A DNA stretch of 64,000 nt from an uncultured Acidimicrobiia bacterium (lineage in GTDB: Bacteria; Actinomycetota; Acidimicrobiia; Spongiisociales; UBA5794). Location of the stretch: assembly GCA_963823505.1 (NCBI GenBank), contig CAWGLY010000005.1, positions 1,438,174-1,502,173 of the forward strand, read 5' to 3'. The translations under genes were made by a program, and so were the position numbers. Below the pieces are notes generated by a model. That model saw only the letters and a list, made by a program, of their open reading frames with translations. It had not been told where the DNA came from and made no database searches. Shown in pieces: positions 48,939 through 57,699 of the stretch. Position 1 is the first letter of the stretch. The number at the start of each line of letters is the position of its first letter.

Positions 48939-51719
48939 ATGACGACACTGGACCAGACGACCGAGCCCCCCGCAGGCTCGGAGACTCCGTGGTACGCCCT
49001 CTCGGCGGACGACACTGCCCGCCGGCTCGAGGTCGATGCCGACGCAGGGCTCGCCGCTGCCGAGGTCGAGCGCCGACTCGCGAAGTACGGCCGCAACGAG
49101 GTGGCGACCGAGCCGCCGCCGACGCTCTGGGAGACGGCCAAGGGCCAGATCGCCAATCCGATGAACATCATGTTGCTCATCGTTGCGGTGGCGAGCCTGG
49201 TGATCGGCCAGATCGCCACCGGCATCATCGTCGGCCTGCTGGTGACGTTCAACGTGGTGATGGGCACCAATCAGGAGCGCAAGGCGCTTGCGAGCGTCGA
49301 TGCGCTCGCCCAGCTCCAGGTGCCGATGGCCCGGGTCCGGCGCGACGGGACGGTCGTCGAGGTCGATTCGAGCGGACTGGTGCCCGGTGACGTCGTCCTC
49401 GTGGAGGCCGGCGATCTCGTACCCGCCGATGCTCGTGTCGTGTCCTCGGCGTCGTTGGAGGTGCAGGAGGCAGCCCTGACCGGCGAGAGCGCACCGATCG
49501 CCAAGAACACCGTGGCCATTGCCGAATCCGACGTGCCACTCGGCGACCGGACCAACCTCGTCTTCCAGAACACCCAGGTGACTCGAGGGTCGGCCGAGGT
49601 GATGGTCGTCGCGACGGGCCAAGGCACCCAGATGGGCCAGATCGCCGACATGGTGACGGCCACGAAGCGCACCAAGTCGCCGCTGCAGGTCGAACTCGAC
49701 GACCTCACGAAGATCTTCGGTTTCCTGGCGTGGGGTGCTGTCGCCATCATCGCGATCGTCGGCATCGCACGAGACCAGGAGTCCGAGACGCTGATCTTGC
49801 TGTGCGTCTCGACGGCGATCTCGGCGATCCCCACCGGATTGCCGACCTTCGTCCAGCTGATGCTCTCGTCGGGAGCCCAGCGGCTGGCCGAGTCCAAGGC
49901 GGTCGTGAAGTCGCTCACCGACGTCGAGACGCTCGGCGGCACGACGGTGATCAACAGCGACAAGACCGGCACGCTCACGATGAACGCGATGACGTCGGTG
50001 ACGATGATGACCGGCGGCTCGTGGTACAAGATCGAGGGGACCGGCTATGCAACGTCCGGGGCCATCCTCGGCCCGGCCGGCGAGCCCGCCCCAGACTTCA
50101 ACGGGCTCGCGCTCGGCCTGGCACTGTGCAGCGACGCAACCGTCGCCGACGACGAGTCGATCATCGGCGATCCCACCGAGGCGGCGCTCGTCGTGCTCGC
50201 CGCCAAGATCGGCGTCGACGCCGAGGAGACCCGCCGCACGCTGCCGCGTGTGGCACTCGTCCCGTTCGACTCCGAATACAAGTTCATGGCCACGTTCCAC
50301 GACCGGCCGGCCCATCTCGATTTGAAGCTGCTCACCGAACCGCACTTCATGACGGTGAAGGGCGCACCCGACGTCGTGATCGACCGCTGCTCCGAGGCGG
50401 TGTGGCACGGCGAGGTCGTGCCGATGGAACAGGTTCGCCAGGATCTGCTCGACGCCAACCAGCAGCTTTCCGAGAAGGGGCTGCGCGTCCTCGCCTTCGC
50501 CGCACGAGCGCTGTCCGCCGACACGATGCGCGCCGCTGCGGACGACCCGATGAGCGAGGTGCACGACCTGGTAATGGTCTCGCTGGTCGGCATCATCGAC
50601 CCGTTGCGTTCCTCGGCGATCGAGGCCGTGCGCACCGCACATGGCGCCGGCATAGACGTCCGCATGATCACCGGCGACCACACCGTCACGGCGCGGGCGA
50701 TCGCCGACCAGTTGGGCCTCGGACCCGGTGTCATCACGGGCGCCGACCTGCAGAAGCTGAGCGACGAAGAGGTCAAGTCCCAGCTCGCACAGCTGCACGT
50801 CTTCGGACGCGTCGCACCCGAGGACAAGGTTCGTCTCGCCCGCCTGATGCAGGAGTCAGGGGAGGTCGTCGCCATGACCGGCGACGCCGTCAACGACGCA
50901 GCGGCCCTCAAACAGGCCGATGTTGGCGTGGCAATGGGCAGCGGGTCCGAAGTCACCAAGCAGGCCGGCAAGCTGATCCTGACCGACGACAACTTCGGCA
51001 CGCTCGTGCATGCCGTCGATCTCGGCCGCGACATCTACCGGCGCATCTCGTCGTACGTGAAACTGCAGCTGACCGTGCTGTCATCGGTGCTCCAGCTGAT
51101 GCTGATCGCCACGATCTTCAACATCAACCAGGGCGTCGCGCTGTTCCCCATGCAATTGCTCTTTGCGAAATTCTTCGTGGTGGCCACCGTCGTCGTCGGT
51201 TTCATCGTCGACGTCCCCGACCCCGGCGTGATGGACCGACCGCCGCGAACCCCCGGTTCGAAGATCGCAACCGGAGCGCAGACCGTCCGCTGGCTGATCA
51301 GCGGCTTCATCATCGCCGGTTCGGCACTCGCCCTGCTCTCGTGGGGGCCAGGCGAACCGAGCACGACCGACCCGTCGACCTCGATGACCATGGCGTTCGC
51401 CGTCGTGGCGCTCAGCGCAGTCAACATGGGACTCGTGATGCGCCGCGAGCGGCAAGCACCCTGGTCGTCGCCGGTCTTCCCGTTCCTCGGATGGGTGATG
51501 CTCGGCTGGGCCCTCACGTGGGCGGCCGTCGAGTTGAACATGATGCAACGGCTGCTCGACACCGTGCCCCTCACCGGCGCGCAGTGGACCCTCGTCATCG
51601 GCGTCTCACTCGTCTCCCCGGCGCTGGTCGGGATCGACAAGGCCATCGAGATCCGTCGCCTCGATCGGGAACGGCAAGCGAACCCGGTGGCGGCCCTCGA
51701 CGCACCGCCCTCGGCCTGA
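48939..51719 (+). CDS. Cation-translocating P-type ATPase (type II-like)
   Basis: LTGES, DKTGTLT, KGAP, TGD, MTGDAVNDAAAL; TM4 IPTGL in place of PEGL. Confidence 0.93.
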   Translation: MTTLDQTTEPPAGSETPWYALSADDTARRLEVDADAGLAAAEVERRLAKYGRNEVATEPPPTLWETAKGQIANPMNIMLLIVAVASLVIGQIATGIIVGLLVTFNVVMGTNQERKALASVDALAQLQVPMARVRRDGTVVEVDSSGLVPGDVVLVEAGDLVPADARVVSSASLEVQEAALTGESAPIAKNTVAIAESDVPLGDRTNLVFQNTQVTRGSAEVMVVATGQGTQMGQIADMVTATKRTKSPLQVELDDLTKIFGFLAWGAVAIIAIVGIARDQESETLILLCVSTAISAIPTGLPTFVQLMLSSGAQRLAESKAVVKSLTDVETLGGTTVINSDKTGTLTMNAMTSVTMMTGGSWYKIEGTGYATSGAILGPAGEPAPDFNGLALGLALCSDATVADDESIIGDPTEAALVVLAAKIGVDAEETRRTLPRVALVPFDSEYKFMATFHDRPAHLDLKLLTEPHFMTVKGAPDVVIDRCSEAVWHGEVVPMEQVRQDLLDANQQLSEKGLRVLAFAARALSADTMRAAADDPMSEVHDLVMVSLVGIIDPLRSSAIEAVRTAHGAGIDVRMITGDHTVTARAIADQLGLGPGVITGADLQKLSDEEVKSQLAQLHVFGRVAPEDKVRLARLMQESGEVVAMTGDAVNDAAALKQADVGVAMGSGSEVTKQAGKLILTDDNFGTLVHAVDLGRDIYRRISSYVKLQLTVLSSVLQLMLIATIFNINQGVALFPMQLLFAKFFVVATVVVGFIVDVPDPGVMDRPPRTPGSKIATGAQTVRWLISGFIIAGSALALLSWGPGEPSTTDPSTSMTMAFAVVALSAVNMGLVMRRERQAPWSSPVFPFLGWVMLGWALTWAAVELNMMQRLLDTVPLTGAQWTLVIGVSLVSPALVGIDKAIEIRRLDRERQANPVAALDAPPSA

Positions 51720-51733
51720 CCAGCGTCTCGGCC

Positions 51734-53401
51734 ATGGGTGTGATGCCGATCAGGCACTGGTTGCCGGACTACCAACGGTCGGACTTTCGATTCGACCTGA
51801 TTGCCGGCATCACCGTCGCTGCGCTCGTCGTCCCGAAGGCGCTCGGTTATGCCGGAATCGCCCTGATCCCGATCCAGAACGGCCTGTACGCGGCAGCGGT
51901 CGGGGCCTTCGTCTACGCCCTGTTCGGCACGTCGCGCCAGATCTCCACCGGTCCGAGCTCTGCACTCGCGGCAGTCGCAGCGAGCGCCGTGGTGACCACC
52001 GCGGTCCCGGCGGAGGACGCGCCTCAGTTGGTCGCCGCCGTGACCCTGATGGCAGGTGTGCTGTTCGTCCTGCTGGCGATCTTCAAGATGGGGTGGGTGT
52101 CGCGTTTCCTCTCCAAGGCCGTGATCACCGGATTCCTCTTCGGCGCGGCGATCGAAGTCGTCGTCGGGGAGCTCTCGAAGCTCACCGGGACGTCAGCGTC
52201 CGGTGCCAACAGCTGGCGCAAGTTCGCCGACTGGTTCACCACACTCGACGGCCGGCACTCGGCCACGATCGTCGTCGGCGTCATCGCATTGGCTGCGATC
52301 CTGGTCCTCCGGTTCACCGTGCCCAAGGTGCCCGGTGCGCTCGTGCTCGTCATCGGTGGCCTCGTTGCCTCCGCAGTGTTCGACCTCACCAACCGGGGCG
52401 TCGCAACCGTTGGCGACGTACCACGCGGCTTGCCGGCGCTTGAGCTGCCGGGCATCTCGACGTTCACCGACCAATTCCCGACGATCGCGATCGCCGCCGT
52501 TGCCCTGCTCCTCATCGGGTTCTCGCAGACCGCCGGCGATGCCCGCATGTTTGCCTCGCGCCACGGCTACCGAGTCGACGTCGATCAGGAGTCGACGGCC
52601 CAAGGCCTGTCCAACATCGGGAGCGGCCTGTTCCAGGGAATGCCTGTGTCGACGAGTCTCTCGGCCAGCTCGCTCAACGATTCTGCGGGGGCACGCACCC
52701 CGATGGCGTCCATCGTCACCGCCGCGACGGTCGTGCTCACCCTGCTGATCTTCGCACCGCTCTTCTCCGACCTCCCCAAGGCGGTGCTGGCCGCGATCAT
52801 CATCGACGCCGTGGTGTTCGGCATGATTGACATCCCCGAGATGCGCCGCCTCTGGCGGTTGACGCGGGTCGACTTCTGGATCGCCGTCGCGGCGATCGTC
52901 GGTGTACTCACGAGCGGGGTGCTGGCCGGCGTCGTCATCGGGATGGTGCTCTCGCTCGGGTGGTTGGTGTATGTCAATGCCCGTCCCGGTGTCCACGAAC
53001 TCGGGCGCCTGCCCCAGACCACAACCTATGGTTCCCTCGAGGACTTCCCGGACTACGAGACCACGCTCGGGGTGGCGGTCCTGCGATTCGACGGTGGCCT
53101 CTATTTCGTCACGACCGAGGTACTCACCGACCGACTCCGGCAACGGGTCGAAGGCGCCGATCCACCGGTGCAGGCTGTCGTCCTGGACTTCGAAGCCGTC
53201 AACTTCGTCGACTCCCAAGGCGTCGGTGAAATCGACCGACTGCTCGCCGTGGCCGAGGAACGCGGCATCGACCTGCGGTTTGCGCGCACCAAGAGTCAGG
53301 TCCTCGACATGTTGGCGATCGACGGCATCGTCGATCGCCTCGGCGCCGATCACTTCCACCCGAGCGTCGACGACGCAGTCAACGCCGCAGCGTCGTCCTG
53401 A
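51734..53401 (+). CDS. sulP: SulP family anion transporter with STAS domain
   Basis: DLIAGITVAALVVP, FGTSRQISTGP, GARTPMAS; STAS motifs RFDGGLYF and DFEAVNFVDS. Confidence 0.93.
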   Translation: MGVMPIRHWLPDYQRSDFRFDLIAGITVAALVVPKALGYAGIALIPIQNGLYAAAVGAFVYALFGTSRQISTGPSSALAAVAASAVVTTAVPAEDAPQLVAAVTLMAGVLFVLLAIFKMGWVSRFLSKAVITGFLFGAAIEVVVGELSKLTGTSASGANSWRKFADWFTTLDGRHSATIVVGVIALAAILVLRFTVPKVPGALVLVIGGLVASAVFDLTNRGVATVGDVPRGLPALELPGISTFTDQFPTIAIAAVALLLIGFSQTAGDARMFASRHGYRVDVDQESTAQGLSNIGSGLFQGMPVSTSLSASSLNDSAGARTPMASIVTAATVVLTLLIFAPLFSDLPKAVLAAIIIDAVVFGMIDIPEMRRLWRLTRVDFWIAVAAIVGVLTSGVLAGVVIGMVLSLGWLVYVNARPGVHELGRLPQTTTYGSLEDFPDYETTLGVAVLRFDGGLYFVTTEVLTDRLRQRVEGADPPVQAVVLDFEAVNFVDSQGVGEIDRLLAVAEERGIDLRFARTKSQVLDMLAIDGIVDRLGADHFHPSVDDAVNAAASS

Positions 53402-53423
53402 CGGGGTCCACGGCCACATCGGT

Positions 53424-53493
53424 GCAGCGAACTGAGCCCGGCAAGGGCGAACAAATCCAAACAGGCGGCGAAACTGACTGAAGTCGGCCCGGC
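53424..53493. repeat. 70-bp direct repeat, copy 2 (orphan fragment of ABC gene)
   Basis: Minus strand reads RADFSQFRRLFGFVRPCRAQFAA versus RADFGQFRRLFGFVRPYRAQFAA in the ABC gene. Confidence 0.92.
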
Positions 53494-53549
53494 GGCCTTG
53501 CTCTCCGTACGGTCTCGCTGCGCCTGTTCGCAGACGTGAAGCGCTCGGT

Positions 53550-54242
53550 CTAGAACGGAACGCCGATCGCTTCGCACAGGAATGCAATGAACGGCGATCC
53601 GGTCTTGGCGATCTTGGCGTACTCGTCGACGAAGCCCGGCGCCGTGACCTGCTTCTGGGTCAGCCTGACTCCCGCGGTGAACGACTTCCGCTTGAGGTCT
53701 TCGACGTAGGGATGGTCAGGGTCGAAGCCTCGCGGCGGTCGCTTCAGCTTCTCCTCATCGCCGAGCGAGAACACATCGGTGAACCGCTTGCCGTAGGCCG
53801 CCTTCTTCCATGCCGCAGCATCGTCCACGATCGCCTGGCGGATCTTCCTCGTTGTCGGACCGTCCGGCATCCACAAGCCGACCCCGGCAAAGGATGCCTT
53901 CGGTTGCAGGTGGAGGTAGAACCCGGGCGAATGGACATCTCTGGCCGCCTCGTGCTTGAAGTACATCCCCGTGTTCGTCTTGTAGGGCGTCTTGTCCTTG
54001 GCGAAACGTGTGTCGCGATAGATCCGGAACAGCGACCCTCCCACGGGCCGAGAGTCGGCGACGAAGTGCGGGCTGATCTTGGCGAGGTACGGCGCGAAGT
54101 CGTTGATGAAGTCGAGGCCGGGGTTCTTCACGTATGTGTCGTAGCGCTCCTTGTTGGCCGCAAACCACTCGCGGTCGTTGTTCTGCTCGAGGTCGCGCAG
54201 GAAGGTGAAGAGGGCGGGACGAAAGGACGTGTTTTCAGCCAT
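53550..54242 (-). CDS. DUF2461 (TIGR02453) family protein
   Basis: FLRDLEQNNDREWFAANK, FRIYRDTRFAKDKTPYK, LKRPPRGF. Confidence 0.92.
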   Translation of the reverse strand: MAENTSFRPALFTFLRDLEQNNDREWFAANKERYDTYVKNPGLDFINDFAPYLAKISPHFVADSRPVGGSLFRIYRDTRFAKDKTPYKTNTGMYFKHEAARDVHSPGFYLHLQPKASFAGVGLWMPDGPTTRKIRQAIVDDAAAWKKAAYGKRFTDVFSLGDEEKLKRPPRGFDPDHPYVEDLKRKSFTAGVRLTQKQVTAPGFVDEYAKIAKTGSPFIAFLCEAIGVPF

Positions 54243-54269
54243 CGCCCGCAAACTACACGGCTCGGCAGT

Positions 54270-54665
54270 TCACGTCAGCGACGAGATCTCGAACAGGTGC
54301 CCATCCGGGTCCCGGAAGAATGCCCGGGTTTCTCCTTCTCGGTCGACAGGCGGGGCAAGGAACCGCGCACCCCTGGCAGAGAGGATCTCGTACGCGGCGC
54401 GGCAATCATCGACCCTGAAGATCAGCTGCCCGCCGACGAGGTCGGGATCAACAGGAGCACCCAGCGTCACTGTCGGCTTCCCTGGGGTGGGGCCGCCTCC
54501 TGTGACCAGCAGCAGCCAGCTCCCCATCAGATCGAGCACGACCGACGTGCCGCCGTACTCGCCGAACACCGTTGCCCCCAACACGTCGACATACCAGTCC
54601 CTGCTCGTCTCGACATCGCCAACCACCAGCATGTGGGTCAGCGCAGACGCACCGAACCCGCTCAT
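54270..54665 (-). CDS. VOC/glyoxalase family protein
   Basis: SRDWYVDVLG, FRVDDC, AFFRDPDGHLFEI. Confidence 0.88.
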   Translation of the reverse strand: MSGFGASALTHMLVVGDVETSRDWYVDVLGATVFGEYGGTSVVLDLMGSWLLLVTGGGPTPGKPTVTLGAPVDPDLVGGQLIFRVDDCRAAYEILSARGARFLAPPVDREGETRAFFRDPDGHLFEISSLT

Positions 54666-54684
54666 CGGGGAAGACGCCGACCCG

Positions 54685-55053
54685 TCACAGGCTCTCGGGG
54701 CCGAAGCGGCCCCAGATGATGACGGCAACCATCACGAGGATGAGGACGTTGACCACGATGTTCTTGTACTCGCCGCGCCGAGCGTGCACCACGATCGCAC
54801 CGAGCTGCGTCAGGCCCAGACCGATCGCCGCCAGCGGCACCATGACCCCAAAGCCGGTGAGGGCAGGCACGATGAGACCAATGGCACCGAGGATCTCGAG
54901 CCAGCCGATCGTCCTGACCGTACTTTGGGAGAAGTCCTCCATCCATGGCTGCTGTTCCTGCAACAGCGCCTTGGGACGGGAGACTTTCATCCCACCCGCC
55001 GCCAGGAACATGAGGCCCACGATGACTTGCAGGATCCAAAGGAAGATGTTCAC
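54685..55053 (-). CDS. DoxX family membrane protein
   Basis: LWILQ..FLAAGGMK, IGWLEILGAIGLIVP, GAIVVH; SD GGGAGG. Confidence 0.88.
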   Translation of the reverse strand: MNIFLWILQVIVGLMFLAAGGMKVSRPKALLQEQQPWMEDFSQSTVRTIGWLEILGAIGLIVPALTGFGVMVPLAAIGLGLTQLGAIVVHARRGEYKNIVVNVLILVMVAVIIWGRFGPESL

Positions 55054-55174
55054 GCGCACTGCCTCCCGTTGCGTGGGGTCAACCTAGTGGCGGGACGGTG
55101 GCCTTTGCCGCCGCAGTCTGCGCTCTCCCCTGCCCTTGTCACAGGCACTCCCCGGAGAACGGTAGCGTCAGCCT

Positions 55175-55567
55175 GTGACCTGGGACCCCCTCGAAGAGCC
55201 AGACGAAGCGTGGGAGCCGGTGCGGACGCGACATCGCGGCACGATCCGCATCCTCGCACTCCTCATCGTTGCTGCAATGGTGATCGCGCTCATCGTGCCG
55301 GTGCTGCTGCGACTCCTCAGCGATCCTGCGCCCGATCCTGAGCGCTCGGGCGGCGTGCAGACCCTGGGACTGACCGGCTCAGTCGCCCCAATGCTCAGCC
55401 AGCAGCCGCTGAACAGAGCGCGATTCGAAGTACGCATCGTGGGCGCCGAGCAACGAGTCACTGTGATCGGGGTAGAGGTCCATGACCTTGCCGTCCGTGT
55501 AAAAGGGAGCAACCGGATACGACAGGACGTCGTGGCGGTCCCACACGTTGAGCCACACGGGGTCTGA
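55175..55567 (+). CDS. Possible small single-TM protein (3' end doubtful)
   Basis: Acidic N-terminus, basic patch and one TM segment; the last 189 nt overlap the convergent gene. Confidence 0.35.
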   Translation: MTWDPLEEPDEAWEPVRTRHRGTIRILALLIVAAMVIALIVPVLLRLLSDPAPDPERSGGVQTLGLTGSVAPMLSQQPLNRARFEVRIVGAEQRVTVIGVEVHDLAVRVKGSNRIRQDVVAVPHVEPHGV

Positions 55568-56269
55568 ACCGCTGTGGGTCCTTTGTGCAAGACCGAGCGG
55601 CGCCATCGAGATCTTCTGGCTTCCCCGGGCGGCCAGCGTGTCCACCAGCTCTCCGCTTCGCACGAGGGTTGGCGCAAGAGGTGACCCGAGGGTGATGAAG
55701 CGCCGGATCCGCCAGTTCTGCCTGGCCATTGCCACATCGTCCGTGCCGGGCATGATGTCGAGCTTCTGCAGCTCCTCATCTCTTTCGCCGCTGAACAGCC
55801 AGAACAGGAAGTCGTGGGCGATCAGCGTTCCCGCCGAGTGGGTGATGAGTGTGATGTCGGTCTGCCAGTCCGCACCGATGTGGCGAAACACCTCACCCCA
55901 GACCACGTTGCGAGTGCGCTCCTTGCCGGCGGAGCCCACGTAGTAGATGATGTCGGACCAACCGAGGGTCAACAAGTCGCGCACGGGATCCACAGCGGGG
56001 GCGAAGATGAGGGACCCAAGCCCGGTGCGATCACGGGGCGCTGCGGCCTTCACTCGGTCGTAGATGACCCGTTGCGCCTTGCCGAGGCTGCGCGTCGCCC
56101 CGGCATGTGTCGTGTCCCATCCCCACTCCACTTGGATGGCCTCGCTGAAGCTCGGCAACGTGGCGCCGTACTCCTCGAGGCCGAGGTGCATCGCCTGATA
56201 CTGGGTGCGGTGCGATTGTGTGCGGCGTCGTTCTCCGACGACCCCATGGATATAGACGACGGTTTCCAC
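55379..56269 (-). CDS. Alpha/beta-hydrolase-like hypothetical protein
   Basis: VVYIHGV, ITHSAGT nucleophile elbow, FITLGSPL, WLNVWDRHDVLSYP, AHDAYF. Confidence 0.75.
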   Translation of the reverse strand: METVVYIHGVVGERRRTQSHRTQYQAMHLGLEEYGATLPSFSEAIQVEWGWDTTHAGATRSLGKAQRVIYDRVKAAAPRDRTGLGSLIFAPAVDPVRDLLTLGWSDIIYYVGSAGKERTRNVVWGEVFRHIGADWQTDITLITHSAGTLIAHDFLFWLFSGERDEELQKLDIMPGTDDVAMARQNWRIRRFITLGSPLAPTLVRSGELVDTLAARGSQKISMAPLGLAQRTHSGSDPVWLNVWDRHDVLSYPVAPFYTDGKVMDLYPDHSDSLLGAHDAYFESRSVQRLLAEHWGD

Positions 56270-56373
56270 GATCCGAATCCTCTCGGCTTGCCTGTGAGCA
56301 ATCGTCGCCCATCGACGCCACGCTGATCAAGGGACCCTTGGTCTTTCCCTTCCGGACCAGTCGCGGGCCGTGC

Positions 56374-57552
56374 TCACGCCGCCGCTGTCGGCTCCCCGGC
56401 GCGTCCTTTGCGCACCCGCTCGGCCATCGCCGCCTCGACGAGGGTCGGCGCGGCCTCCTGGAGGAGAGCGTCGCGCCTCGCAAAGAGGAACCGCACGGCC
56501 GCGATCGACGCAGCCAGACCTACAACGGCATAGGCGAGCAGCCAGGGGTCTGTGCGAAGTTGCGGCAGGAAGATCGCAGTGGACACGACCTCAAATCCGG
56601 CCATCACGGCCAGAAAGACGATGAGGTGCCGTTCGCTGAGGTTGTGAACGAACATCGTGCCCAGCGGCGCACCCCACATGACTGCAGGCACCGCTGCGAT
56701 CCACAGCCCCCACAGGTCGGCCCTGGCAGCAGGCATCGGGTCAATAGCCGACCCATTCACCGCAACGACCATCCCGTCGACCACCTGCGTGTTCAGTTGT
56801 CCGTGGCCGAGACCCAAGACGGCAAGGCCGACCACCGACACCAGCGCCATGATGATGACGCTCGTCGGGACACCGATGCGGGGGTGCAGGCCGGCGACGA
56901 TGACGAGGAAGAGGAATGCGAACACGTCTGCTCCCGAACCGATCAGCGACGTGATGACACCCCCGCAGAATCCCGCAATCGTGAGCCCCAGCCACATGCG
57001 GTTGTTCCACACAGGGAGAAACGAAACACCACACTCGCCCTCGTCGAGCGCCAGGTACACGATATACGCCAGCGCGGCGAGGACAACGGTGAACGTGATC
57101 TTCACGTAGGCCTCCGGAATGCGCGAAGCCCAGAACGTCGTCGTCGGATCGGCCAATACGAGCAACCCGACGATGAACCCCAGAACGGCAGCGCTGCCCC
57201 CGACGGCGATTGCCCGCTTCGACACGGCCTTTCGCGACAGCACGATCGCGATCGATGCGCTCCCCATCCCGATGGCCTGGATCGACAGCGAGAACGTGCG
57301 CGCAACCGAGGCAGGCGCCTCGAAAATCTTGGTGAATACCGGAAACGCAACGGTCCCGCCACCCTGCGGGGTCGATCCGGCGACGAAGCTGCCGAACACC
57401 ATCGTCACGAACGCACGCCAGTTCTCGATCACCGTCTCCCAGTGCCCGAACACGGTGACGAAGGCCGCCCAGGCAAGAGTTCCTGCGACCGGCAAGACGA
57501 CGAGCAGCACACGGCGCGACGTCGACAGAGGTTGATCGGCAACGGTGGCCAA
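56374..57552 (-). CDS. TauE/SafE (TSUP) family transporter
   Basis: FGSFVAGSTPQGGGTVAFPVFT, GSGAD, GAPLG; many TM segments. Confidence 0.82.
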   Translation of the reverse strand: MATVADQPLSTSRRVLLVVLPVAGTLAWAAFVTVFGHWETVIENWRAFVTMVFGSFVAGSTPQGGGTVAFPVFTKIFEAPASVARTFSLSIQAIGMGSASIAIVLSRKAVSKRAIAVGGSAAVLGFIVGLLVLADPTTTFWASRIPEAYVKITFTVVLAALAYIVYLALDEGECGVSFLPVWNNRMWLGLTIAGFCGGVITSLIGSGADVFAFLFLVIVAGLHPRIGVPTSVIIMALVSVVGLAVLGLGHGQLNTQVVDGMVVAVNGSAIDPMPAARADLWGLWIAAVPAVMWGAPLGTMFVHNLSERHLIVFLAVMAGFEVVSTAIFLPQLRTDPWLLAYAVVGLAASIAAVRFLFARRDALLQEAAPTLVEAAMAERVRKGRAGEPTAAA

Positions 57553-57699
57553 CGGCCCTTCCTCCCTTCAGACGTTCCCCACGGCCGCTGCCGCCCGGAA
57601 TCTCCGGGGATCATATGAACTCCGCCGTCGCTGCGAAATAGGTCGATGGAACTGCGTTGCGCCACGGCGCACTCTCCTCTTCCCGGCTAGCGTCGCTAT

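Noticed and set aside
49730-51733. 1223-aa ORF suggesting a giant SulP fusion
   Set aside because: The N-terminal ~668 codons are an Arg-rich alternative frame over the P-type ATPase; SulP homology begins at ATG 51734.
45997-53423. Calling the repeat-bounded block a transposon or prophage
   Set aside because: No transposase, integrase, phage gene or terminal inverted repeat was detected; it is reported only as a putative island.
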